Position numbers and translations under genes: made by a program. Source: Patescibacteria group bacterium (GTDB lineage Bacteria > Patescibacteriota > Patescibacteriia > PEXW01). From it: DNA of 39,201 nucleotides. The notes below the pieces were generated by a model, which saw only the letters and a program-made list of their open reading frames with translations, was not told the DNA's origin and ran no database searches. Location of the stretch: NCBI GenBank assembly GCA_041665345.1, contig JBAYJA010000003.1:1-39201 (forward strand). Direction: 5' to 3'. Position 1 is the first letter of the stretch, and the number at the start of each line of letters is the position of its first letter. Below, piece after piece: positions 8,020 to 16,647 of the stretch.

Positions 8020-9680
8020 GCCGGGGGCAGCACTTCGTACACCTTCGCGCTCGGCGTATCGTGGATCAATTTGAGGTAGGACTTACCCTCTGGGCTAAAT
8101 GGTTCAAACTGTTCTTTTTCTAATTCGGTCCAGAAAAAGTATCGAATTCCTTCTTGCCGAAGAAATGCCTCAGGATTTCCTTCTGGGGTTGTAAAAGTTT
8201 CATACACACCCTTCTGCTTTTCAAAATACCCAAGTGTTTGGTGCCCATGCGCAAAGTATGTGGGCAGCAGAGTTCGTCCACTGAGAATGTACGACGTCGT
8301 TGATACGGAAAGGGTAATGCCAGGCGGCTGCGTCTTCAGCCAATCCATGGTTTCCAGGGTGGTTTTTGGTTGCATGTAGAGCGACCATTCCCCGGGTGTG
8401 TATACATACGAACGACTTATATCCCGCGCCATGAGGTAAAGCGGCGAGTAGCACAGCAAGAGAATGGCAAGCCATACTGTACCCGAACGCCACACAATTT
8501 TCAGTGGACTGTTCTGTGTGCGCGCAATAATTTGCTCCCATAGAAAAACGAGCGCGAAACTTGCCAAAATTGCAAAAACGATATGGAGACCATTGGTAAA
8601 CCGGCGCTGGATTTGCACAGGCACGTAGAGGAGGAACGCGTGCATGGGTGCCCAGGCGAGCAGAAAGAGCATGGGCAAAGAGCGGGGTAACCGAACAACC
8701 CGTAGCCAACCCCAAACCGCAAAAACCAGGAGGAAGCCATAGCCAATGCAGTAGTTCCAAATGGGTGGCGAAGTGGTGATATTTTGCTTTGCCCAACCAC
8801 CTAAAGCTGGCTCTATCTGGTAAACGGCAATGAAGTACGCGCCAATCCCTGCGGTAACAAGCCCCATGATTGCCAAACGGACAATGGAACGTTTGGCTTT
8901 GGCAATGGAAAATGCTCGATCATAGAGAATGCGAACAAACGGCAAAATAATCAAGACGCAAAAAATGACTGGTAAGTCATACGGGTGGAGAATTCCCAGG
9001 AGTGCCGTGAGGCCAGCAAAAATGAAGTGTGGCACCGTGCCTGGACTTTGCTCATCCCGCACGGCGAAGAGGAAAGTGAGTAAGAGCAGTATTTGAGATA
9101 TGATGAACAGGGGTGAGTGCAGGAGCGTGGTAAAAGTAAAGGCTTCCGAAACCCACATATCCACAGGATTCTTTGTGAGCAATTCTTGCAAACTCGTGAG
9201 GTGCAAAAAGGGAGAAACGTACCCACCCAGCCCCATACCAAAAGCTAAAGCAACAAAAGCAATCCGACGTTGCAGGGATTTCTCAATGAACAAGAGTAAG
9301 GCTTTATACGCAATCCATAGAAAAATACCCGCTAGAAAAATTTTCACGAGGTGAAAAAGTATTGCATTGGGTAGGTGAAAAACACCTGCCAGGAAACCCA
9401 AAATTGCCCAAAGTGGTTGGAAAAAAGCATACCTTTGCGCCTCAGGTGTAAAAACGTTCGTAAAGAACACATGCCCCGTGGTTCGCGCCTGCTCCATCAT
9501 GGAAAAGTAGACGTTCGTGTCCGAGGGAGCCAAAGTGCTGAAACCCATGAAGACATCTCCCTTCCGTAGCCAAAGAGCACCGAGCACAAGCGGCAAGACG
9601 CCTAGGATAATTGCAGCCGTTGCTATCCAAAAAGCAAATGGACGCTCAGCTTTTGGAATCGAGGGGAGAATAGGGTGCAT
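8016..9680 (-). CDS. large polytopic membrane protein, GT-C-fold-like (paralog of 11058..12716)
   Basis: 554 aa, >10 TM helices, C-terminal soluble domain. Strong paralogy to 11058..12716, e.g. FSMMEQARTTGHVFFTNVF..FFQPLWAILG vs LSYIEQARTSGHVFFANVF..FFQPLWAVIG, and C-terminal IRYFFWTELEKEQF vs IRYLFWTEQEKQFF. Confidence 0.6.
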   Translation of the reverse strand: MHPILPSIPKAERPFAFWIATAAIILGVLPLVLGALWLRKGDVFMGFSTLAPSDTNVYFSMMEQARTTGHVFFTNVFTPEAQRYAFFQPLWAILGFLAGVFHLPNAILFHLVKIFLAGIFLWIAYKALLLFIEKSLQRRIAFVALAFGMGLGGYVSPFLHLTSLQELLTKNPVDMWVSEAFTFTTLLHSPLFIISQILLLLTFLFAVRDEQSPGTVPHFIFAGLTALLGILHPYDLPVIFCVLIILPFVRILYDRAFSIAKAKRSIVRLAIMGLVTAGIGAYFIAVYQIEPALGGWAKQNITTSPPIWNYCIGYGFLLVFAVWGWLRVVRLPRSLPMLFLLAWAPMHAFLLYVPVQIQRRFTNGLHIVFAILASFALVFLWEQIIARTQNSPLKIVWRSGTVWLAILLLCYSPLYLMARDISRSYVYTPGEWSLYMQPKTTLETMDWLKTQPPGITLSVSTTSYILSGRTLLPTYFAHGHQTLGYFEKQKGVYETFTTPEGNPEAFLRQEGIRYFFWTELEKEQFEPFSPEGKSYLKLIHDTPSAKVYEVLPPA

Positions 9681-9684
9681 GGGC

Positions 9685-10941
9685 TTAGTACACTGTATAA
9701 ATCATAATGAACCAGCCAACAGTCAGAGCGAATACTGCTCGGTATGCATGTTTCGTCTTCATGAACGGGGTGAGCACAAGCGGCCACGTGAGATACCAAG
9801 GCTGTACCCACTGCAAAGCAAAGCAGATAACGGCGCAGAAAACGTAGAATGCGGCTACGGGTAACTCTAGCCGCCCCTTCCACACCAACCACGTGAGCCA
9901 GCCAATGCACACAATCGCAATGCTCGTCCCAATGACGACAGCGAGCTGCAGCGCTGCATGCAACGGCATATCAGGCTGCACAGTGCGAATAATACCCAAA
10001 AATAGTTTTTGTGGGAAAAAAATCGGATTGACATAAAATTGTCGCCCCATAACCAGGAGACCTTCAAACATCCTTGGTCCAACCCATAGGAGCGCATACA
10101 TCAAAACCAATGCCACGAGGGCAGACCCGCTTGCAAAGAGCAGCTCACGAAATTTCTTTTCACGCGCGTACACTGCAAGAAAGAGTGGACTTAGCACAAC
10201 GGAGATGTGCTTCGTGGCAATGCTTAAACCAAAACTAAGTCCGGAAAAAGCAGAGTTCCCAAATGGTATGAGCGCTAAGAGGATAAGCACGACGAACAGG
10301 CCGTCATTATGCGCATCGCCAATGAGCTCAATGATCAAAATGGGATTAAGGATGACTAGGAGTGCAAGCGTCCGAGGTCGCCATCGTCCTAACAAGGCTG
10401 CGACACTTGCAAACATTGCAACGCCCAGAAATTTGAAAATGAAGAACTGCGTTACTAGTCCAGCGTGCAGTTTTCCAATGAGCACAACAATGCCCATCCA
10501 AAGTGGGCCATATGGCGAAGGGTATGGGCGCCATTGATCCCATACACCGTGCCAAATTGGATTCCCGGGGCCTAAACTTGCTGGGCCTTGGAGGTACGGG
10601 CTGGCATGCTGACTAATTTCAGCATACGCCATGTAGTTGTAGACATCACTTGATTTGGTAAGAAAATTAAGGAAGTACGGAGCAACGGAGAGTGCGAGGA
10701 CGAGAATAACCTGCTGTATGGATGGCGTATACCCGTGCTGCATCCTGTACACTGCCAAAAGGTATGCGCCGACGAGTAGAAGGAGAAAAAAAGCATGCAG
10801 TCCCTCCTGAAGATTCACTGAAAAACCATACCAGATACCCGTCTGTTCAGCAGTAAGGGCAATGCCAGCATGCAAGGCGACGGCAAGAGCAAGCCCAGTG
10901 GGCGTGTATGGAAACAGCGATCCCTTCTTTTGCGTCACCAT
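9685..10941 (-). CDS. polytopic membrane protein, DUF2029/GT87-like (putative polyprenol-P-sugar-dependent glycosyltransferase)
   Basis: 418 aa, about 10 TM helices; first extracytoplasmic loop SDVYNYMAYAEI...GNPIW resembles the D..Y...A...NPY signature of the GT87/DUF2029 family. Confidence 0.45.
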   Translation of the reverse strand: MVTQKKGSLFPYTPTGLALAVALHAGIALTAEQTGIWYGFSVNLQEGLHAFFLLLLVGAYLLAVYRMQHGYTPSIQQVILVLALSVAPYFLNFLTKSSDVYNYMAYAEISQHASPYLQGPASLGPGNPIWHGVWDQWRPYPSPYGPLWMGIVVLIGKLHAGLVTQFFIFKFLGVAMFASVAALLGRWRPRTLALLVILNPILIIELIGDAHNDGLFVVLILLALIPFGNSAFSGLSFGLSIATKHISVVLSPLFLAVYAREKKFRELLFASGSALVALVLMYALLWVGPRMFEGLLVMGRQFYVNPIFFPQKLFLGIIRTVQPDMPLHAALQLAVVIGTSIAIVCIGWLTWLVWKGRLELPVAAFYVFCAVICFALQWVQPWYLTWPLVLTPFMKTKHAYRAVFALTVGWFIMIYTVY

Positions 10942-11057
10942 GGCGATTACAAATATGCAGGTGCAAAAAAATGTAGCAAATACATCATCGTATGATTATG
11001 CAGCTACGACAATGATACCACGCAAAGAATGTAGCGCCCAAAGGAGCGATCACGCCT

Positions 11058-12716
11058 TTACAGGGCATAAATTTCAGTTGTTTGATTTTGAAAAATGAGG
11101 TGCAACCATGGGTAGTCTTGCGGGGAAAATGCTGCAAAAAATTGCTTCTCCTGTTCAGTCCAAAAGAGGTACCGAATGTGGTTTTCCTGAAAAAAAGCTT
11201 TGGCCGTATTCGCGCTTCGGGATCCTGGAAAAGCTACACGTAGTGCTTGGAACTTCTCAGCGTGATTCGGCGTTTGACTTCCATCCGAAATATACGTGGA
11301 TCGCAAGGTTTGGCTCGACAGGACAAAGCTTGTGGTGTCTGCGCTGAGGGTCAGGCCGGGTGCTTGCTGGCGAAGCCAGTGCATAGCATCAAGTGTTGCT
11401 CGGTCAAACTGGTATACCTCCCGTAGTGTCCCTGGCACCGAACCACCCACGAGCGGCTCCACAACAGTAAACCAGGTTGAAGGACACAGCACCCCTGCAA
11501 ACACCATGCCGCCAGTGGTAAGCCACAACGCCAATGGCACGCGCTGCCGCTGTGCCCATTGCCACACTGGCTCCACCGCAAGCCCTACGACGACAGCCAG
11601 CACGATGCTCAGACCATTGAGAAAACGACTTTGTACTTGCGTGGGTGAGTAGCTGAGGACCAGTGCAATGGCCGGCCAAAGCAAAAAAATGGCTTTGGCT
11701 TTTTGAAAAATGTCCCGATGCTTCCACCCTTGCCAGAGCCATAGCGGAATGTACACGCCATAGCTTATGCACACCACAAGGAGTGATGGACTTGGGGTTA
11801 CATTTTGCTGCGCCCAACCCAGAATACTGTGGTCAAGAAGCAGGGCGCTCACAAAGTAAGCTAACGCTGCCGTAGCTGCTAAACAGAGCATCTCCAGCCG
11901 AACGATGCTCTGCTTCCAGCCGGATGTTCGATACACCGGTTCACGGAAGAACCGAAGCAGGCTAACACCACACACGCAGGCAATGAGAATGACGGCATCG
12001 TATGGATGGAGTAACGCAAGCAGCAACGTACCGGCAAAGAAAACTGACCGGGGGACTTGGCCAGGCGATTCTTCGTCGCGCATTGCGAGCGTTACTAAAA
12101 AAACGAGTAGAGCTAACGTGAGAATGAAAAGTGGTGAATGGGCGATGGACTGAAAGACAGTAAACTGCGGCATAGTAATATCCGCCGGCATAAGATTGGC
12201 ACCTGGTGAAAAAATTGTTGGGAGTTGCTGTACAAATGGCAAAAAATAGAGGCCTACTCCTGAGCCAAAAACGCCGAGCGTCGTTGCTACTATCCGACCC
12301 CGGACGGTTGGTAGAAGCAAACCCGTAAATCGGTAAATGGCGAGTACCAACAGTGGGATGGATGCCAGTCGTACGATGTGAAAGACAAGCGCTGGGGCAA
12401 GGTGGAATACCCATGAAAGAAGCCCAATGACCGCCCACAAAGGCTGGAAGAAGCTCTGCGTATGCGGCTCTGCCGCAAAAACGTTTGCAAAAAAGACGTG
12501 GCCGCTGGTTCGCGCCTGCTCAATGTACGAGAGGTAAATACCATTGTCATTGCGTGCGGTTTCACCAAAACCAATGAACACTTTCTCCGGTGGTAACCGG
12601 AGCACACCTACGAGCAATGGAATCCCGGCACAGAGGATTGCTACCAGGCTCAGCGCCCATAAAAACTGCCGCTCCCTTTTTGCAAACGGGGGAAAAAGGC
12701 GTTCCATACAATGCAA
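11058..12716 (-). CDS. large polytopic membrane protein, GT-C-fold-like (paralog of 8016..9680)
   Basis: 552 aa; same architecture and conserved blocks as 8016..9680 (see that entry). Confidence 0.6.
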   Translation of the reverse strand: MHCMERLFPPFAKRERQFLWALSLVAILCAGIPLLVGVLRLPPEKVFIGFGETARNDNGIYLSYIEQARTSGHVFFANVFAAEPHTQSFFQPLWAVIGLLSWVFHLAPALVFHIVRLASIPLLVLAIYRFTGLLLPTVRGRIVATTLGVFGSGVGLYFLPFVQQLPTIFSPGANLMPADITMPQFTVFQSIAHSPLFILTLALLVFLVTLAMRDEESPGQVPRSVFFAGTLLLALLHPYDAVILIACVCGVSLLRFFREPVYRTSGWKQSIVRLEMLCLAATAALAYFVSALLLDHSILGWAQQNVTPSPSLLVVCISYGVYIPLWLWQGWKHRDIFQKAKAIFLLWPAIALVLSYSPTQVQSRFLNGLSIVLAVVVGLAVEPVWQWAQRQRVPLALWLTTGGMVFAGVLCPSTWFTVVEPLVGGSVPGTLREVYQFDRATLDAMHWLRQQAPGLTLSADTTSFVLSSQTLRSTYISDGSQTPNHAEKFQALRVAFPGSRSANTAKAFFQENHIRYLFWTEQEKQFFAAFSPQDYPWLHLIFQNQTTEIYAL

Positions 12717-12731
12717 TGTGTGCTACGAAGC

Positions 12732-13343
12732 CTACCGCTTCTCCAGCAGCAACATGGTCCACGGGATGGGCTGCTTGCCCCGGCGAACAACGAATGATTG
12801 CCCAACGAATCGTCGGAAACCCCACGGGGTCCAGTGGTTGATGTGCCCGGGGGTGTTCCCCCACCCTTTGAGGTACGTTCCCCGTGCCATGTTCATCACT
12901 CGCCACAGCGGCTCATGGGGTACGCTGATGATCGCCCACTTCTTGGTGACTCTAGCGAGTTCAGCCAAGGCTTTTTCTGGCTGCTCCAGGTGCTCCAGTA
13001 CTTCCAGCGCAAAAACCAAATCCACTGAGGCGTCAGGCCGGTTGAGAGCAAAAATGGATTCCACGCTGCAGGTTGCGCTGGGTACCCGCGCTTGGGTTGC
13101 TGTCACCAATTCTGGGGTGATGTCCGATGCTTGCAAGTCAACGTCAGGCAAGAAATGCCGAATGTGCTCGGTGGAAAAGCCTTCACCGCAGCCGACCTCC
13201 AACACACTCTTTAGATCGTTTGGTAATAGTCCCTGCAAAGTTTTGAAAAACCCGCGGAGGAAGTGCCGCATGATTGGGTTCTTAGATTCGTACTTCCCGC
13301 GGAAATCATCCTCCGGCCGATTGATGGGTGGTTGGTATGGCAT
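12732..13343 (-). CDS. class I SAM-dependent methyltransferase
   Basis: Motif I VLEVGCGEGFST, acidic residue after beta-2 (ASDIT), motif IV-like LVFALEVLEHL; 203 aa. Confidence 0.8.
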   Translation of the reverse strand: MPYQPPINRPEDDFRGKYESKNPIMRHFLRGFFKTLQGLLPNDLKSVLEVGCGEGFSTEHIRHFLPDVDLQASDITPELVTATQARVPSATCSVESIFALNRPDASVDLVFALEVLEHLEQPEKALAELARVTKKWAIISVPHEPLWRVMNMARGTYLKGWGNTPGHINHWTPWGFRRFVGQSFVVRRGKQPIPWTMLLLEKR

Positions 13344-13352
13344 ATCCGTACC

Positions 13353-14942
13353 TTACTCTGGATTCTGCCAAGAGTAAATCCACACCTCAGCATCTTCGTA
13401 CGCCAGTTCCACACCCGGCGTCACGCGAACATTCTCGTACATCTCCCGATGATCTTTTTCCACAAAAATCCACTTCGTATTAAAGAGGTCAAAGGCTTCA
13501 GCCAGGTTGTCCTTTTTCTGGCCCAGGGTGGTCTGCGCCCAGGCCCAGTAGCGGGTGACATCTTGGCGGTAGAGGAAGGTTGGATCCAGACCGGCGATGT
13601 ACGCGTTTACCGTGTTGTAGTAGAACAGCACGGGAAAATCATCCCAGTCACTGTGGAAGACCACGTCGCCAGGTTTGGAATGCTCTGCCATCCAGGTGGC
13701 CGAGGCTTGAAAGTGAGTAGCATTTACTCCCGAAGAAAGGTTCTGCACATTGGTGCGCTGATCCCGCGCAACCACGTATGGCACGCTGACCACAATGTAC
13801 AGCGCGAGTAGCCCCACCACAATTTTTCGACGCTGCCACTGCTGCCACACGCTCTCCCAGATGTGTCGCCAATCGCTGGTTTTCAGCACATCACCCAGCG
13901 TCACTGCTGCAGCCAAAGCAATGAACGGCACGGCATACTCCACGTACCGCCTAGACTTTAAGGTGACAACGCTGAAGAGCAGTGCGAGGAGCACCAGGGT
14001 CCACCCTTTGGCCGTCGTTCGTCGCAGGTGCACAATGGCCAGCACCAGCGCCAGTAGGAACGGAATGATGACCACCACATTATTCCCAATGAACTCGGTG
14101 AAGCCGTACGGATACCACTCCCCGCCCACGCCAATGACATTTCGGTAGTTCACCACGCCAATTTGGATAACCTGCTCCCACAGAAAATGAAAAGTGTTTG
14201 GGAAAAAAGGGTTTGCCACCATGCCCACCCCGGCGCCAGCCAAAACGCAGCCAAAGACCTGCAGCGGTCGGTAGTGCAGAAATCCCTGCCAGGTCCACCA
14301 GGGTTTCCTCCCCGCTTCCGCTGCTTCCCGTGCCCAATGCCGTACCAGGTCAACGACTGCGTACGCAAGCAATGACAGCCCGGCTGCCGCAATGAGCACC
14401 AGAAAACCGCCGTAGAGCAAGACGAAGAACCACGCCAGAAAAAATGTCAGCCACCGCTTCCCCCGGAAGATGCACCACAGACCAATGAGGAGTGTGGCCA
14501 GAGACAAGCTGGGCGCTTTGGCCAAACTCATCCGAAAGGTGAACGGCGTTGCGGCCAATAGCACTGCTGCCCAAATCCAGGCGTGGCGTACCCCAAAACT
14601 GCGAACAAACCACACCGCAACTGTCAGTAAGAGCGATGCAAAAACTACGGTCGCCAGTTTGATACCAGCCAGTGGATCCATGAGCCGCACAAAGGGAACC
14701 AGCGCAACATGATACAACCAGTGCTGGTCAATGTAGTGCTCGCCCAGCGTGGTGAAGGGCAACCAGGGCAATTCTCGCACCGCACCCTGCTGGCTGGTCA
14801 GCACCGCGATCCGCGCATGGTAGAAGGAGTCAGGATCGGCAAAGACCGCGCTCCGTTGCATCAGGAAAAAAGCAACGAAGCTCACCACAAACGTACCTAG
14901 GAGCATGAGGAGCGTCGTGTGGCTCCGCCAGTGAATAGTCAT
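13353..14942 (-). CDS. polytopic membrane protein, ArnT/PMT-like GT-C glycosyltransferase candidate
   Basis: 530 aa from ATG 14942 (the ORF-track start 15122 includes the noncoding conserved element). First loop FADPDSFYHARIA resembles the PDE.RYAEI loop motif of ArnT/PMT_2-type GT-C enzymes. About 12 TM helices, C-terminal soluble domain. Confidence 0.5.
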   Translation of the reverse strand: MTIHWRSHTTLLMLLGTFVVSFVAFFLMQRSAVFADPDSFYHARIAVLTSQQGAVRELPWLPFTTLGEHYIDQHWLYHVALVPFVRLMDPLAGIKLATVVFASLLLTVAVWFVRSFGVRHAWIWAAVLLAATPFTFRMSLAKAPSLSLATLLIGLWCIFRGKRWLTFFLAWFFVLLYGGFLVLIAAAGLSLLAYAVVDLVRHWAREAAEAGRKPWWTWQGFLHYRPLQVFGCVLAGAGVGMVANPFFPNTFHFLWEQVIQIGVVNYRNVIGVGGEWYPYGFTEFIGNNVVVIIPFLLALVLAIVHLRRTTAKGWTLVLLALLFSVVTLKSRRYVEYAVPFIALAAAVTLGDVLKTSDWRHIWESVWQQWQRRKIVVGLLALYIVVSVPYVVARDQRTNVQNLSSGVNATHFQASATWMAEHSKPGDVVFHSDWDDFPVLFYYNTVNAYIAGLDPTFLYRQDVTRYWAWAQTTLGQKKDNLAEAFDLFNTKWIFVEKDHREMYENVRVTPGVELAYEDAEVWIYSWQNPE

Positions 14943-15035
14943 GTAGGAAGTATACCGTATTGGAGGGGTGGAGGGTTTGGGTGTGGCAGCGAGTATGGTT
15001 AGAGGGTGGCGGTTTAGGATGGGTAGAGGTACGAG
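14943..15035 (-). promoter_or_regulatory. conserved C-rich upstream element, copy B (inverted relative to copy A)
   Basis: Minus-strand reading: ...CCTCTACCCATCC...CCATACTCGCTGCCACACCCAAACCCTCCACCCCTCCAATACGGTATACTTCCTAC|ATG. About 85% identical to copy A over about 70 nt; abuts ATG 14942 with no SD. Confidence 0.6.
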
Positions 15036-15204
15036 TGAAATACAATACTCCTCCCCTCCTTTCGAAGGAGCCGTCTGCGGCGGGTGCGAGCGAGCACAGC
15101 ACCTTAGGTAGGGGGAGGTCACCCTTACCGAGAAAACAAAATCACGCAGAATAAAAGTCTGGAAAAAACAAAAACATATTCTACTTCCTTCTTCTCAATC
15201 CCCT

Positions 15205-15258
15205 CTCCATTCGTAATTCGTATATTCGTAGCATCTTTTCGTAATTCGTAACCGTATA
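15205..15258. repeat. five direct ATTCGTA(A/T/G) heptamer repeats
   Basis: CCATTCGTAATTCGTATATTCGTAGCATCTTTTCGTAATTCGTAACC; same heptamer as at 1887-1906. Lies between the PGI terminator and the element upstream of the membrane gene. Confidence 0.4.
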
Positions 15259-15261
15259 AGA

Positions 15262-15290
15262 AACCTCCCCACCAAGCATGGATGTGGGGA
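15262..15290 (-). terminator. hairpin terminator for the PGI/PMI gene (minus strand)
   Basis: Perfect 9-bp stem CCTCCCCAC(15262-15270)/GTGGGGAGG(15282-15290), 11-nt loop. On the minus strand it is followed by TTTCTTATAC, T-rich. Confidence 0.5.
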
Positions 15291-15321
15291 GGTATGCAAG
15301 ATCTGTATTTCGAAAATATAA

Positions 15322-16380
15322 TTACCCGAGCTTTTTCTTAAAGTAATGCACCCAGTTAATTGTGGCAGGGTTAATATGATTGCGCAAGCCCAAGGCCAAG
15401 GTCAACGCTCCACCAAATGCCACTGCCGCAACTGCTTGCGAAAACCGTGTCTGCCCCGGCACTCGGAAGCTGGCAACTTTCGCAGCGTTTTTCAGCACAA
15501 CCTCGCTCGTCAACCGGAAACGCTTCTGAATGCGAGGATGGTACAGCCCTGAAGTGAGGAAGAGAAACGTCGTTTTCCGGGTATTCACCTTGGGATTGGC
15601 CAGGCCTTCCATGAGGTGGTGATTCAATTCCGGAATGGCAAAGTAGGTAGCCAGAGCTTTAGCGGTTTCATTCAGTTGATTCGCCAGGACATGCGCCGAA
15701 CCAAGAGTGTGCTCTGCACCTATCACAAAGATTTGCCGGTTGAGCAACGTGGCGGTTAAGGTAGCCACAGGATTGCCTAGCTTCCGCAAATCAAGCTGCT
15801 TTGCATACCGTTCAAGGTCACGAATGGCTTGTTCAACTACGGGTAAAGGCAAAGTGATGAGCCCGGATTTGGAAAGCAGACCCAGCAAACCAAATATCCC
15901 ATACCCTAAGCCAAGCCTGGGTTGATCAGACGGGTTTTCTCTGGGGGTAAAGATGTACGCTGGGATATTCCCACGCTTTGCCGCGCGTCCCAACGCCCCG
16001 CCCGTGGCTTGAATTAGGATCTTCGCACCTCGCTGCTGGGCGACCTTCAGTGCGGCCAGGGTTTCTTCCGTCGTACCAGAGTAGCTGGAGAGGACAACCA
16101 ACGTCCGCTTCCCTACCCAAGCAGGCAAATGGTAATCATTCACAATCACAATTGGCACGCGCAAATACTCAGCGCAAGCTGTCTGCAGCATGTGCGCGCC
16201 CAAAGCGCTGCCACCCATGGCGGCAACCACAATCGCATCAACTTTTCCCTTCAATGAGGAGATTTTCAAGCGACGTACTTCTATCCACGCCTGCCTTGCT
16301 TGTGCGCCAAAACGCAGTACTGACCCATGGACATCCTGGGGATCGTACTGCTGCAGCAGTCGAGTGAAAGAGACTGGCAT
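15322..16380 (-). CDS. SIS-domain phosphoglucose/phosphomannose isomerase (bifunctional PGI/PMI-like)
   Basis: 352 aa; two SIS-like Rossmann segments (VVAAMGGSALGAHML and LVVLSSYSGTTEET), size and layout typical of archaeal/bacterial bifunctional PGI/PMI. Confidence 0.6.
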   Translation of the reverse strand: MPVSFTRLLQQYDPQDVHGSVLRFGAQARQAWIEVRRLKISSLKGKVDAIVVAAMGGSALGAHMLQTACAEYLRVPIVIVNDYHLPAWVGKRTLVVLSSYSGTTEETLAALKVAQQRGAKILIQATGGALGRAAKRGNIPAYIFTPRENPSDQPRLGLGYGIFGLLGLLSKSGLITLPLPVVEQAIRDLERYAKQLDLRKLGNPVATLTATLLNRQIFVIGAEHTLGSAHVLANQLNETAKALATYFAIPELNHHLMEGLANPKVNTRKTTFLFLTSGLYHPRIQKRFRLTSEVVLKNAAKVASFRVPGQTRFSQAVAAVAFGGALTLALGLRNHINPATINWVHYFKKKLG

Positions 16381-16422
16381 ATCCGTACCCTAGCGCGTGG
16401 CGGAGAAGCTGTAAAGTCGCGA

Positions 16423-16520
16423 AGGCCTTTTTCTGTCATCCTGAATCAGATGAAGGATCCCCAGACTATGGATAAACTTCGGAGATTCTTCGTTAGACTC
16501 AGAATGACAATGAGGAGGAG
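16423..16520. repeat. imperfect palindromic ~95-bp structured element, copy 2
   Basis: GGCCTTTTTCTGTCATCCTGAATCAGATGAAGGATCC...CTTCGTTAGACTCAGAATGACAATGAGGAGG. Left arm is about 85-90% identical to 1771-1804; outer stem TGTCATCCTGAATC/GACTCAGAATGACA (12/14 paired). Confidence 0.6.
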
Positions 16521-16647
16521 TTAGGTAGAAGAGGGCGGGATCCCGCCTCAGTGACGGGACGTAACTATCCCCTTCACATAATGGTGTAAAACGGACAACT
16601 ACGTTAAAATAAAGCCGTCATTCATTAGCTAAAGCACGCTTGCATCT

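Noticed and set aside
12544-13377. 277-aa plus-strand ORF
   Set aside because: Lies entirely antisense to two well-supported minus-strand genes (GT-C paralog and methyltransferase). Its composition (Arg/Ser/Cys-rich) is typical of antisense frames in GC-rich coding DNA.
13263-13811. 182-aa plus-strand ORF
   Set aside because: Antisense to the 530-aa membrane protein gene; no motif; spurious.
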